Shown here piece after piece: positions 29,044 through 37,800 of a stretch of 64,000 bases of DNA. The translations under genes and the position numbers were made by a program. The notes below the pieces were generated by a model. The model did not search any database. It had not been told where the DNA came from and saw only the letters and a program-made list of their open reading frames with translations. Origin of the DNA: an uncultured Candidatus Saccharibacteria bacterium. GTDB lineage: Bacteria; Patescibacteriota; Minisyncoccia; Phycocordibacterales; UBA918. The number at the start of each line of letters is the position of its first letter. Position 1 is the stretch's first letter. The DNA lies in assembly GCA_964353135.1 (NCBI GenBank), contig CAYGTV010000001.1, forward strand, positions 216,217 through 280,216, written 5' to 3'.

Positions 29044-29529
29044 TTACAGGAGAAAGAGAATAACCAACGGAGCCATCAGCCACCAAAAGAAAGAACTTTC
29101 CGCTCCAAATGCTGTCTGTAGTGGGGTGCCTGGTGTAAGGAATTCTGTTACCGGCAATACGTGGAAAGAAAATGCCATGACAAGTACACTGGCTGAGCCA
29201 GCTAGTAAAAATTTCTTGAAAAAGCTTTCAAATTTTTTCTCCTTGAATTCATCAGGCATGATCCGGTAACACAGCCAGGTCATCAAAATGGTGAATGTTG
29301 CAAAGATAGTCAGCTTGCCAAATGATTGAGCTAGTCCACTACCAAGGTTTTCGGTCAAGTACGCTGTGTAAGGAAATTCGATCAAGATCAATAGTGCCAG
29401 GTATAGTCCGACGATTACGTTTATCATGGCTTGTCGTCCTTTAAAGGTTGCCCAAATCATGAATAACATAAAGACAGCCAAGAGATACGAGATCTCGAAC
29501 ATAAAGTCTAAAACAAAGCCCCAGTCCAT
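29044..29529 (-). CDS. Membrane protein (CvpA-like topology)
   Basis: 4-5 TM; start ATG 29529, 6 nt after TATAAT. Confidence 0.65.
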   Translation of the reverse strand: MDWGFVLDFMFEISYLLAVFMLFMIWATFKGRQAMINVIVGLYLALLILIEFPYTAYLTENLGSGLAQSFGKLTIFATFTILMTWLCYRIMPDEFKEKKFESFFKKFLLAGSASVLVMAFSFHVLPVTEFLTPGTPLQTAFGAESSFFWWLMAPLVILFLL

Positions 29530-29655
29530 AGCTTGATTATAATCCAAATTTTTAATTCTGTTGGCTAAAAAACATCGACCTGTTCACAACAAATTTATTT
29601 GACATTTTTAATAATGTATACATAATATAAGATATCCTCAACAAGGAGCAAAGAA

Positions 29656-29920
29656 ATGAGTACATTAGTAAATAAGACAGAGGTACGCATCTTGCAAAGC
29701 GTCATGATGATGTCAGTTGTCGTATTCTGTATATTTGTGTGGTGGGCTTCCATGCAGCTGGTGGGTAGCTATTTTGGAGGGTTCTATATTCTAGATTCAT
29801 ACCAAGGCTGGTATGCCGCGGTGTGGCTCGCCGGATACGGATTTATAATTCCCCTGATGATTCTGAAAGAATACGGTTTCAGTTTCGAAAAAATGGAAAT
29901 AGATGATGACGGCGAGTTTG
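29656..29920 (+). CDS. 2-TM hypothetical protein, SD-led mini-cassette C; probable frameshift in A6 run (ORF formally runs to 30120)
   Basis: TTGACA 29599-29604, AAGGAG 29643-29648; terminator 29908-29938 lies inside the formal ORF. Confidence 0.55.
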
Positions 29921-29938
29921 CGAACTCGCCGTCTTTTT
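29908..29938 (+). terminator. Intrinsic terminator
   Basis: gacggcgagtt-tgcg-aactcgccgtc followed by TTTTT. Confidence 0.85.
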
Positions 29939-30347
29939 ATATCTGCTCGATTGCGTACTTGGTTGCATCCTGTATATGCTTGAATCGGTCGCCCATCAGT
30001 TTTACTCCACCAAACCAACGGGTGACGCAGATAATGCAGTCACTCACCTGCTCCTTTTGCATGACTCGGAGGATGACCATTCCAGCACCAGTCTCGCCGT
30101 CGTCGGCTTTGGTTTCATAAATAACCCCTTCGTTACTGATCCGAGCGGCCCATGAATTATGGTCGGCTTTAGCGTATTTTTTATTTTGCTTCAAACGTCG
30201 CAAAAACAGCTTGATATCTTCCCGCCCCTGCACCCGCCCCACCGACACACTGTATCGACTCCCCCGATCCTCAATGATGTGTTCATACAACACAAAATCC
30301 TTAGTTGGAGTCTTTGAGTCTTCAAAATTAAAGCGTGGTGGTTGCAT
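29937..30347 (-). CDS. yigZ: YigZ/IMPACT family protein (N-terminal domain only)
   Basis: DRGSRY, ADHNSWA, DDGETGAG, VTRWFGGVKL; start ATG 30347. Confidence 0.85.
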   Translation of the reverse strand: MQPPRFNFEDSKTPTKDFVLYEHIIEDRGSRYSVSVGRVQGREDIKLFLRRLKQNKKYAKADHNSWAARISNEGVIYETKADDGETGAGMVILRVMQKEQVSDCIICVTRWFGGVKLMGDRFKHIQDATKYAIEQI

Positions 30348-30407
30348 GTTGACATTATACATTATATATGTATAATATAAAAGATTAAATTTGTACAGGA
30401 GATCAGA

Positions 30408-30653
30408 ATGGATAACATCAAGAGCTTAGATAATTCTAGCGTGGCTTTGAATTTTTCTGAAGGGCTGTGGAACATTTTTGCAACGTCGATGACAGCTGTT
30501 ATCGCCACGCATTTTTTCGCAAATGCCACTGAAGTCAACTTGGAAGAAGTTTCAAGGTTTCAATTCATGTTCATGGTGGCTTTCTTCATCCCTCTGTTTG
30601 GACCAATGATCATTTGGTTTCAAAAGGCGTTGAAGAAATACATACACAGCTGA
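30408..30653 (+). CDS. 2-TM hypothetical protein, SD-led mini-cassette D (81 aa)
   Basis: TTGACA-16-TATAAT (30349-30376), AGGAG 30397-30401, terminator 30658-30692. Confidence 0.7.
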   Translation: MDNIKSLDNSSVALNFSEGLWNIFATSMTAVIATHFFANATEVNLEEVSRFQFMFMVAFFIPLFGPMIIWFQKALKKYIHS

Positions 30654-30704
30654 TACAAACGGCCGGTGTGGAAATCCTCCACCCCGGCCGTTAGTCTTTA
30701 TAGC

Positions 30705-30840
30705 GTCAAGTTTCTAATTCACTGCGTTCATAAGAACTTACTGCCCTGACTCGCGATTCGTCGCGCTAGGAATCGCGCTTCTCATAACGCTCCGTCTCAT
30801 TTAGGTTAAAAATCCTCACGGATTTTCTTAACACCTAAAT
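30705..30840. repeat. Cluster of REP-like imperfect palindromes
   Basis: aagtttct..agaactt, gcgattc..gaatcgc, atttaggttaaaaatcc-tcac-ggattttcttaacacctaaat. Confidence 0.45.
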
Positions 30841-31890
30841 GCCCTCTCCTTGCAGTTCCTCAACCAACTTCCGTGCTTTCTTAGATAATTTCTTTGGTGT
30901 TTCGACTGAGACACGCACCATGAAGTCTCCGCGTCCTCGATCACTAGGGACGCCTTTTTCTTTGATGCGGATCATTTCGCCGTGACTGACTCCAGCGGGG
31001 ATTTTGATGTCTACGTTTCCGTCTAGAGTTTCAACTGTGTATGTGGCACCTAGTAGTGCGTCGGTTAGTTTGATTGGTAGGACACTCGATAGGGTCGATC
31101 CATCACGCTTGATGGTTTTGTGTGACTCCGCGTGGATTTTGATATAGAGGTCACCTGGCTGTCCGTTGGGGATCGCTTCCCCGCGGCCTGTCATCCGGAT
31201 CACTTCCCCATTTTGAATACCAGCTGGGATTTTGATGCCGATTTCTTCTTCTTTGCGCGCTACACCAGCTCCAGCACAGGCACCACAGCGTTCTTTAGGA
31301 ATCTTGCCTCGACCATTACAGGTATTACATTCACGGACAGTAGTAAAGCTACCCATGATGCTCTGACGTTGCTCACGCACGCGTCCTTGGCCATTACAGG
31401 TAGTGCAGGTGTCCATGCTGGTTCCTGGTTTTGCTCCGCTTCCACTACAGGTATCACACTCGCTGTTTTTGGTTAGGAGAACCTTACGAGTCACACCAAA
31501 TACAGCTTCCTCAAATTTGAGGTTAATGTCGATCGAGATGTCACGTCCACGCTGTTGTTGTTGACCACCGCCACCACCAAAGCCAAACTGAGAAAAGATA
31601 TCGTTGATATCAAATTCAAATCCACCAGCTTGACCACCAAAGGGGTTCCCTCCACCAAATGGATTGCCGCCACCTGCTCCATTGAAAGACTGTCCGTAGG
31701 TGTCGTACTCGGCCTTCTTTTTGTCGTCACCAAGCACTGCGTACGCTTCGGTTACTTCTTTGTACTTTTCTTCGTCACCAGTTTTCTTGTCCGGGTGATA
31801 CTGAGCGGCTTTTTTTCGAAACGCTTTTTTAACCTCGTCTTTCGACGCGCCTTTCTGTAGTCCTAGGATTTCATAGTAGTCTTTGCTCAT
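30835..31890 (-). CDS. dnaJ: Chaperone DnaJ
   Basis: J-domain HPD, G/F region, four CxxCxGxG repeats. Confidence 0.97.
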   Translation of the reverse strand: MSKDYYEILGLQKGASKDEVKKAFRKKAAQYHPDKKTGDEEKYKEVTEAYAVLGDDKKKAEYDTYGQSFNGAGGGNPFGGGNPFGGQAGGFEFDINDIFSQFGFGGGGGQQQQRGRDISIDINLKFEEAVFGVTRKVLLTKNSECDTCSGSGAKPGTSMDTCTTCNGQGRVREQRQSIMGSFTTVRECNTCNGRGKIPKERCGACAGAGVARKEEEIGIKIPAGIQNGEVIRMTGRGEAIPNGQPGDLYIKIHAESHKTIKRDGSTLSSVLPIKLTDALLGATYTVETLDGNVDIKIPAGVSHGEMIRIKEKGVPSDRGRGDFMVRVSVETPKKLSKKARKLVEELQGEGI

Positions 31891-31913
31891 AGTTGTTTTT
31901 AAATTCGTTGTTA

Positions 31914-32024
31914 GCTTGAAGTATCTTGGGTCGATACTCAGTGAGTAGTGACTATGTGCGGGTGGGTTTGGCTGGGGCGCACAAGGAGCGTAGGAACTGA
32001 GGATTGATACAAGATGGTTTAAGC
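31914..32024 (-). ncRNA. Candidate rod-shaped structured element between dnaK and dnaJ (strand uncertain)
   Basis: Plus-strand pairings gcttgaa/tttaagc, atcttg/caagat, gtcgat/attgat, ctcagt/actgag, tgtgcg/cgcaca. Confidence 0.55.
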
Positions 32025-32080
32025 CGGTTAGTTACCAAGCTTTAGCGTAAGTAGAAATAATCCTACTTACTAAAAACTTA

Positions 32081-33985
32081 CTATTTCTTATCCTCCTCCT
32101 CTTTCACCTCTTCGGCTTCATGCACGGTTGGTTCGTCATCCTTTTTTTCAGCACCGTCTGCTGAACCAGTCTGTGCTGCTTCAGCTGCTTTTTGCATAAT
32201 TTCACCAATCTTTTGTAGTGATTCTGAGAGTGCTTCGACTGAACTGTCGATGGCGGCTTTATCGTCGCCACCTTTGGCTTCGTTTACAGCTTTAATTTTT
32301 GTTTCAATTTCCTCTTTGATATCAGCTGGTACTTCAGCCGCGTGATCTTTGAGTGATTTCTCGGCTGTGTACACTAGTTGTTCAGCTAGGTTGCGAGCTT
32401 CGATTAGTTCTTTTTTCTTGGCGTCTTCACCAGCGTGTTCTTCGGCCTCTTTTTTCATCTTTTCGATGTCTTCTTCTGATAAGCCTGAGTTAGCTTCGAT
32501 GCGGATTGATTGCTCTTTGCCAGTTGATTTGTCTTTGGCGGTTACATTTAATACACCGTTACTGTCAACATCAAATGTCACCTCTACCTGTGGCACTCCA
32601 CGCGGTGCTGGTGGGATGCCGTCTAGTACAAATTTCCCAAGTGATTTGTTGTCTGCTGCCATTGGTCGTTCTCCTTGAACGATATGGATTTCAGTTGAGG
32701 TTTGATTGTCAGCTGCTGTCGAGAACACCTGCGATTTCTTGGTCGGGATGTGGGTGTTTTTCTCGATCAGTTTAGTGGCAACACTTCCCATTGTTTCAAT
32801 TGAAAGCGAAAGCGGGATCACGTCTACGAGCGTAATGTCTTGGACGTCACCTTGGAAAATACCAGCTTGGATGGCTGCTCCAAGTGCCACCACCTCGTCT
32901 GGGTTGATTGATCGGTTTGGTTCTTTTCCAAATAGTTCCTTGACGGCATTTTGAATAGCAGGCATCCGCGTCTGTCCACCTACAAGAATCACTTCGTCTA
33001 TGTCTTCTTTTTTAACTCCAGCTGCTTCGAGGGCTCGTTTGGTGATCTCGATTGACTTGTCGACGTACTCGTGTGCCAACTCTTCTAGTTTGGCTCGCGT
33101 GAGGGTCATGTCAAAGTGGAGTGGGCCATCTGATCCTTGTGAGATAAATGGGATGTTGATGTTCGATTCAGTAGTGCTTGAGAGCTCTAATTTGGCCTTC
33201 TCAGCGGCTTCATCAAGTCGTTGTAGAGCTAGTTTGTCTTTACCTAAATCAACACCTTGTTCCTTCTTGAAGGAGTCAATCAGGTGGCGCACAATCGCTT
33301 GATCGATGTCTCGACCTCCCATGTGAGCGTTACCGTCAGTTGCTTGCACTTCTACCACGTCGTCCCCTACTTCGAGGATCGTCACGTCAAATGTTCCACC
33401 TCCAAAGTCGTATACCGCGATTTTTTCTTCCGCTTTTTTATTAAATCCGTATGCGAGGGCCGCTGCTGTCGGTTCGTTGATGATTCGCTTGACGTCTAGT
33501 CCAGCGATCTTCCCGGCGTCTTGTGTCGCTTTTCGTTGAGAGTCATTAAAGTATGCTGGTACGGTGATAACTGCTTCGGTGATTTTCTCACCTAGCTTTG
33601 CCTCTGCGTCGGCTTTTAGTTTCGACAGGATCATCGCTGATACTTCTTCTGGTCGGTAGTCTTTACCATCGAGTTCGACCATCACTCCGCCTGTTTCACT
33701 TTTCTTGATGGTGTACGGTACAACGTCGATGTCTTTCTGGACAACTTCGTCGGTAAAGTCGTGACCCATGAATCGCTTGATTCCGTAGATGGTGTTGGTT
33801 GGGTTAGTTACCGCTTGTCGCTTGGCGATTTGTCCAACGAGGCGTTCGTTGGTTTTAGAAATAGCCACAATCGATGGTGTGGTCCTTGTTCCCTCACTGT
33901 TTTCAATAATTTTTGGTTCACCAGCTTCGATCACAGCGATCGCAGAGTTGGTTGTTCCAAGGTCGATTCCTAGTATCTTTGCCAT
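32081..33985 (-). CDS. dnaK: Chaperone DnaK
   Basis: [26 protein letters not shown]. Confidence 0.98.
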   Translation of the reverse strand: MAKILGIDLGTTNSAIAVIEAGEPKIIENSEGTRTTPSIVAISKTNERLVGQIAKRQAVTNPTNTIYGIKRFMGHDFTDEVVQKDIDVVPYTIKKSETGGVMVELDGKDYRPEEVSAMILSKLKADAEAKLGEKITEAVITVPAYFNDSQRKATQDAGKIAGLDVKRIINEPTAAALAYGFNKKAEEKIAVYDFGGGTFDVTILEVGDDVVEVQATDGNAHMGGRDIDQAIVRHLIDSFKKEQGVDLGKDKLALQRLDEAAEKAKLELSSTTESNINIPFISQGSDGPLHFDMTLTRAKLEELAHEYVDKSIEITKRALEAAGVKKEDIDEVILVGGQTRMPAIQNAVKELFGKEPNRSINPDEVVALGAAIQAGIFQGDVQDITLVDVIPLSLSIETMGSVATKLIEKNTHIPTKKSQVFSTAADNQTSTEIHIVQGERPMAADNKSLGKFVLDGIPPAPRGVPQVEVTFDVDSNGVLNVTAKDKSTGKEQSIRIEANSGLSEEDIEKMKKEAEEHAGEDAKKKELIEARNLAEQLVYTAEKSLKDHAAEVPADIKEEIETKIKAVNEAKGGDDKAAIDSSVEALSESLQKIGEIMQKAAEAAQTGSADGAEKKDDEPTVHEAEEVKEEEDKK

Positions 33986-34016
33986 ATTTCAAATAATTAT
34001 ATTTCCAATTTACTTT

Positions 34017-34610
34017 TTACTTTGCTACTCCAATAGTCACTCGGGCGGGGCGTAATGCTCGTTTCTCGTCGCCTTTTACTATCTGATACCCAAGCTGCAT
34101 AACTGAGAGGATTTTATCTACCAGGTCGTCGTCTACTGGTTCGGTATGTATTGCTTCGTGCAGGTTGGGGTCAAATGTTTCTCCTGTTGGATCAACTGAT
34201 TCCACTCCCCCATCGCGCAGTACCTGTAGTAGTTGGGCATAAATACCCTCAATCCCTTTACGCCAGTTTTCGTCAGCCTTCTCCCACACCTCTTTATTAC
34301 TCATCGCCATCGCAAAACTGTCAGCGAGCGGGAGTAGGTTTTCGAGATGTTGGTTGGTTTTACGTTCGATAGTTCTGATACTTTCTTCCTCCAGTCGTTT
34401 GCGGGCATTGAGAAAATCAGCTTTAACTGATGCAAGTTCTTCTAAGGCTGCTCGTTTATCTTCTTCTGCTCGTTTTAGTTTGTCTCGTAATTTTTTCAGT
34501 TTGTTTTCTTCAGCGTCTTCAATTTCAGTAATTTCCGGTTCCATCGTGTCTGTCTGTTCGTCGGTGATCTCTTCCAGTTCCTCGTTGTTTTCAATGTCTT
34601 TTTTCACCAT
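34017..34610 (-). CDS. grpE: Nucleotide exchange factor GrpE
   Basis: ADFLNARKR, FDPNLHEA, GY...LRPARV; upstream of dnaK. Confidence 0.93.
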   Translation of the reverse strand: MVKKDIENNEELEEITDEQTDTMEPEITEIEDAEENKLKKLRDKLKRAEEDKRAALEELASVKADFLNARKRLEEESIRTIERKTNQHLENLLPLADSFAMAMSNKEVWEKADENWRKGIEGIYAQLLQVLRDGGVESVDPTGETFDPNLHEAIHTEPVDDDLVDKILSVMQLGYQIVKGDEKRALRPARVTIGVAK

Positions 34611-34666
34611 ACCTTTGCATTATAAATCCAAATGGGGTCTGTGTAAAGGGATATGAAAAAGGCGCC

Positions 34667-34888
34667 TCATCGGCGCCTTTTTGTTGTTGTTTTTTCGTAA
34701 ACCGATGTAGCATCTTCTACTGACTTAAACACAAACGTGAGTGTGGTTAATCCATCGTCAGTACATTGTGCGTAGTCAGGTTGTTGAGCATCTTGTTTAA
34801 GCGCAAGCGCTTTTAGTTGATACAGCAGCACATGATCTGTGATTGCAGTGGCTGTAATTTCAGCCCGGAATATTGATACCAGTAACAT
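34667..34888 (-). CDS. Hypothetical protein, SD-led mini-cassette E (73 aa)
   Basis: TTGATT-16-TATTAT, GAGGAG 6 nt before ATG, terminator 34656-34682. Confidence 0.65.
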   Translation of the reverse strand: MLLVSIFRAEITATAITDHVLLYQLKALALKQDAQQPDYAQCTDDGLTTLTFVFKSVEDATSVYEKTTTKRRR

Positions 34889-34942
34889 CCTAAACTCCTC
34901 TGTTTCGCTGTCGATAATACCAGAACCTCCTAATTAATCAAG

Positions 34943-34983
34943 ATTACCAAGGTGACACCTTGGTAATGACACCTTGGTAATGA
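34943..34983. repeat. REP-like palindrome with tandem 14-bp duplication
   Basis: attaccaaggtg-a-caccttggtaat; tgacaccttggtaa occurs twice. Confidence 0.7.
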
Positions 34984-35034
34984 AAAGAAAACGCCCCGAA
35001 CCGTGGGGCGGTTTCGAAGGCGGTATAGTGCAGA

Positions 35035-35238
35035 TCAGACGCTGTTCGGTACATGCTGTGTTCTGAATGGCAAGATCTGTTCTGCCGTCTGACTGAACTT
35101 CAGACAGTTTCTTCCGTCAGAAAGAATTGTCCGCTTGACTTCTGATGAGCAGAACTTGGTTGCCACTTCAGCAACCTCACTCAGATCCCCAGAAGAAATA
35201 ATTGTTACACCAAAGTGAGATTCCGTTGGTTTCGTCAT
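35035..35238 (-). CDS. Hypothetical protein, SD-led mini-cassette F (67 aa)
   Basis: TTGCGT-16-TACTTT, AAAGGAG 7 nt before ATG, terminator 34983-35015. Confidence 0.65.
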   Translation of the reverse strand: MTKPTESHFGVTIISSGDLSEVAEVATKFCSSEVKRTILSDGRNCLKFSQTAEQILPFRTQHVPNSV

Positions 35239-35398
35239 AGGTTCACTCCTTTTCCTGATTTGAAAGTATCACAAGTAATGATTTACGCAACCCTGATATC
35301 TAAACTAGAAAAACGAGATGAGATGCGAGGAAGACAATGAAAAAGCGCCGACCGGGACAGGTGTCCAGCTGCGTATACAAATTTTGTTACATAACAAT

Positions 35399-35520
35399 AA
35401 AACCACCCGTACTTGGGTGGTTCCACTGGACGCCTGTCACTAGACTGACGTTCTTCCTCCTATCGTCCCGCCTAGACGGCATGGACGATTCCCAGCTCAC
35501 GCTGGGATCGGAGTAAACGA
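35399..35520 (-). ncRNA. Unknown structured RNA motif, copy distal to rpsI
   Basis: Three-way junction + hairpin + terminator; covaries with the adjacent copy. Confidence 0.7.
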
Positions 35521-35642
35521 AAACCACCTGTGATAGGTGGTTCCGTTGGACGTAATTACATGATGTAATGTTTGTTCCCTCCTATTCTCTTGCCTAGACG
35601 GCAGCGAGAATTCTGGACTCACTTCCAGATCGGACAAAACGA
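35520..35642 (-). ncRNA. Unknown structured RNA motif, copy immediately after the rpsI stop
   Basis: Same architecture with different stem sequences and conserved loops. Confidence 0.7.
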
Positions 35643-35649
35643 TAAACTG

Positions 35650-36051
35650 TTATCGTTTTGACCAAGCTGCTCGTTTTCGAGCTTTTCGTAGTCCCGGCTT
35701 CTTTCGTTCTACTGAACGTGGGTCTCGTTTGAGGAACCCTAGTACTTTGAGCACCCCTCGGCGTTCCACCTTCTCTTTTACAAGAGCTCGAGCGATACCG
35801 AGTCGGATTGCTTCAGCTTGAGCTGAGATACCTCCCCCGTTCACTTTTGCTGTGATCGTGTAGTTCTCGATTCCAGCGTCTTTGGTTTCAAGTACTGACA
35901 TGACGTCTTTTTGTAGAGCAAGTACTGGGAAGTAGTCTTCTAGTGGCTTGTCATTTACTACAACAGATGTTTTATCAGACTGTGTAAGTCGCACTCGAGC
36001 TGACGCTGTTTTACGTCGGCCGATGCCTTCAATGTATTTTGAATCAGCCAT
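35650..36051 (-). CDS. rpsI: 30S ribosomal protein S9
   Basis: GIGRRKTASARV, GGGISAQA, RDPRSVERKKPG, WSKR. Confidence 0.97.
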   Translation of the reverse strand: MADSKYIEGIGRRKTASARVRLTQSDKTSVVVNDKPLEDYFPVLALQKDVMSVLETKDAGIENYTITAKVNGGGISAQAEAIRLGIARALVKEKVERRGVLKVLGFLKRDPRSVERKKPGLRKARKRAAWSKR

Positions 36052-36052
36052 A

Positions 36053-36433
36053 TTACTCAGTGATAATTAGTTGTTTTAAAAGTCGTTTTTTGTGCTTGTT
36101 GTTTGGAAGCATACCTCCAACAGTTCGCTTCAAAACTTCGCCTATTCCCCGTCGTACTCGAAGGTGTTCCAAAGTTTCTGTGCTTCGCCCCCCTGGGTAA
36201 CCAGAAAAAGACTGATAGATTTCCTCCTTCTTTTTTTCTGGGATATCAAGTTTATCGGCATTTTCAATGGTGACAACAACGTCAGACATTTCGTGCTTTG
36301 CAAAATCAGCTTTGTTTTTACCCATAAGGATAGTTGCAGCTTCAGTCGCTACTCTACCCATTCGCTTGTCAGTGGCGTCGATAGTGTGGGTGTCCCCAGT
36401 AGTCTTTTTGAATGATTCGATTTTTTTAGTCAT
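36053..36433 (-). CDS. rplM: 50S ribosomal protein L13
   Basis: IDAT..MGRVA, LMGKNK, SGYPGG, GMLPNN. Confidence 0.95.
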   Translation of the reverse strand: MTKKIESFKKTTGDTHTIDATDKRMGRVATEAATILMGKNKADFAKHEMSDVVVTIENADKLDIPEKKKEEIYQSFSGYPGGRSTETLEHLRVRRGIGEVLKRTVGGMLPNNKHKKRLLKQLIITE

Positions 36434-36445
36434 AAGCAGATAGAT

Positions 36446-36799
36446 TTAAGCGACAAATTCGATTACCGCTTCCTGTCGACCAGCTGTTTGACCAAGTTTA
36501 ATCACACGTGTGTATCCGCCGTTTCGCTCTGCAAACTTTGGAGCAATTTCGGTGAATAGTTTTGTGATTGTTGTGTCGGTCGGCTCACCAAGCTTGCTCG
36601 CAACATGCCGGCGCGCAGCAACGCTATCAGTTTTAGCGTGTGTTACTAACCGCTCGATGGTCGGTTGGATTTCTTTAGCTTTTGCCAAAGTGGTAGTGAT
36701 TTGACCGTCTCGGATGAGAGACACAGACAAGCCACGCAGCAATGCTGTACGTTGTGAGCGTGATCGTCCTAGGGTTCGGTTCTTTTTAGCGTGTTGCAT
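36446..36799 (-). CDS. rplQ: 50S ribosomal protein L17
   Basis: ITTTLAKAKE, RNGGYTRVIK. Confidence 0.97.
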   Translation of the reverse strand: MQHAKKNRTLGRSRSQRTALLRGLSVSLIRDGQITTTLAKAKEIQPTIERLVTHAKTDSVAARRHVASKLGEPTDTTITKLFTEIAPKFAERNGGYTRVIKLGQTAGRQEAVIEFVA

Positions 36800-36804
36800 A
36801 ATAA

Positions 36805-37764
36805 TTAGGCTTCAAGAGTGAGGTTCATCTTCCCAAGGAGTTGTTCCACTTCTTCTACTCCTTTTGGTCCGATGCCGTCGAGCGCTAGAATATCATCTTT
36901 TTTCTTTCTGACAAGACCTCCGATGGTTCGAATACTCGCTTCTTCGAGTGCTTGTAGCGTTCGGGCTGATAAATCAAGAGTCTCAATTCGAGTCTTGAGT
37001 ACTTCTGGATCTGGTTCTTCTGTTTTTTCTTGCGTTTCTGCTGGCGTTTCCTGTTTTGGTTCTTCAGTGTGCTCTTGGAATCCGATCACAGCTTTTAGCT
37101 GGTGGATCATGACCTCGATAGATTTCTCAAGCGCTTCACGAGCACTGTATGTGCCGTCGGTTTCAATTACCATTCGGAGTCGGTTGTAATCAGTTCGGTC
37201 TCCAACACGCATGTTTTCTACTTCGTAGTTAGCGCGTCGGATAGGTGTAAAGACTGCATCAAGAGCAATAGTTCCGATTTCAACCTTGTCTTTTTGGTGT
37301 ACTTCTCGTGGTACGTAACCAAGGCCGTTTTCTACAGTGATCTCCATGTTGAGTTTTGCAGTCTTGTTGGTGATCTCAGCGATGTGTTGCTCAGGGTTGA
37401 GGATCTCGACCTGTGATGGCGCTACAAGGTCGCCTGCTGTGATTGAACCAGTACCAGAAGACTTGAGTGTTACTGTCATTGGTTCGTTACCATGGAGCTG
37501 CAAACGCACACGTCGTAGGTTTAGGAGAATAGTTAGTACATCTTCTTTAACTCCGGCTAGAGTTGAGAATTCATGTTCTACCCCGTCAATTTTGACTTGT
37601 GTGATAGCTGCACCTGGAAGTGACGATAGGATGATTCGGCGTAGAGAGTTACCAAGAGTGTGTCCGTACCCAGGGTACAGACCATCGATTTCAAAGACTC
37701 CTTTGAACCCTTCTTCGCTAACCACTCGTGGCTTTGATGGTAGTGTGACGTTTGTTTCCAACAT
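36805..37764 (-). CDS. rpoA: RNA polymerase alpha subunit
   Basis: GYGHTLGNSLRRIILSSLPGAAIT, alpha-CTD. Confidence 0.98.
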   Translation of the reverse strand: MLETNVTLPSKPRVVSEEGFKGVFEIDGLYPGYGHTLGNSLRRIILSSLPGAAITQVKIDGVEHEFSTLAGVKEDVLTILLNLRRVRLQLHGNEPMTVTLKSSGTGSITAGDLVAPSQVEILNPEQHIAEITNKTAKLNMEITVENGLGYVPREVHQKDKVEIGTIALDAVFTPIRRANYEVENMRVGDRTDYNRLRMVIETDGTYSAREALEKSIEVMIHQLKAVIGFQEHTEEPKQETPAETQEKTEEPDPEVLKTRIETLDLSARTLQALEEASIRTIGGLVRKKKDDILALDGIGPKGVEEVEQLLGKMNLTLEA

Positions 37765-37800
37765 AATGCAATTGATTATTTTTACTAATTACTACTATTC

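Noticed and set aside
29920-30120. Genuine long 3' overlap of the 154-aa ORF with yigZ
   Set aside because: A strong terminator precedes the overlap; better explained by a frameshift.
35390-35570. ATT-initiated ~60-codon minus-strand ORF after AGGAGG
   Set aside because: Frame not preserved between the two repeat copies; the substitution pattern fits RNA structure, not coding.
35399-35642. ZTP riboswitch resemblance (GCCGUCUAGGC; ACUGGACG)
   Set aside because: The two look-alike words are on opposite strands, the pseudoknot partner is missing, and no purine/folate gene follows.
35399-35642. CRISPR or TIGR array
   Set aside because: Only two ~121-nt units with covarying stems, no repeat-spacer periodicity, and no cas or Nop-domain gene recognised in the window.
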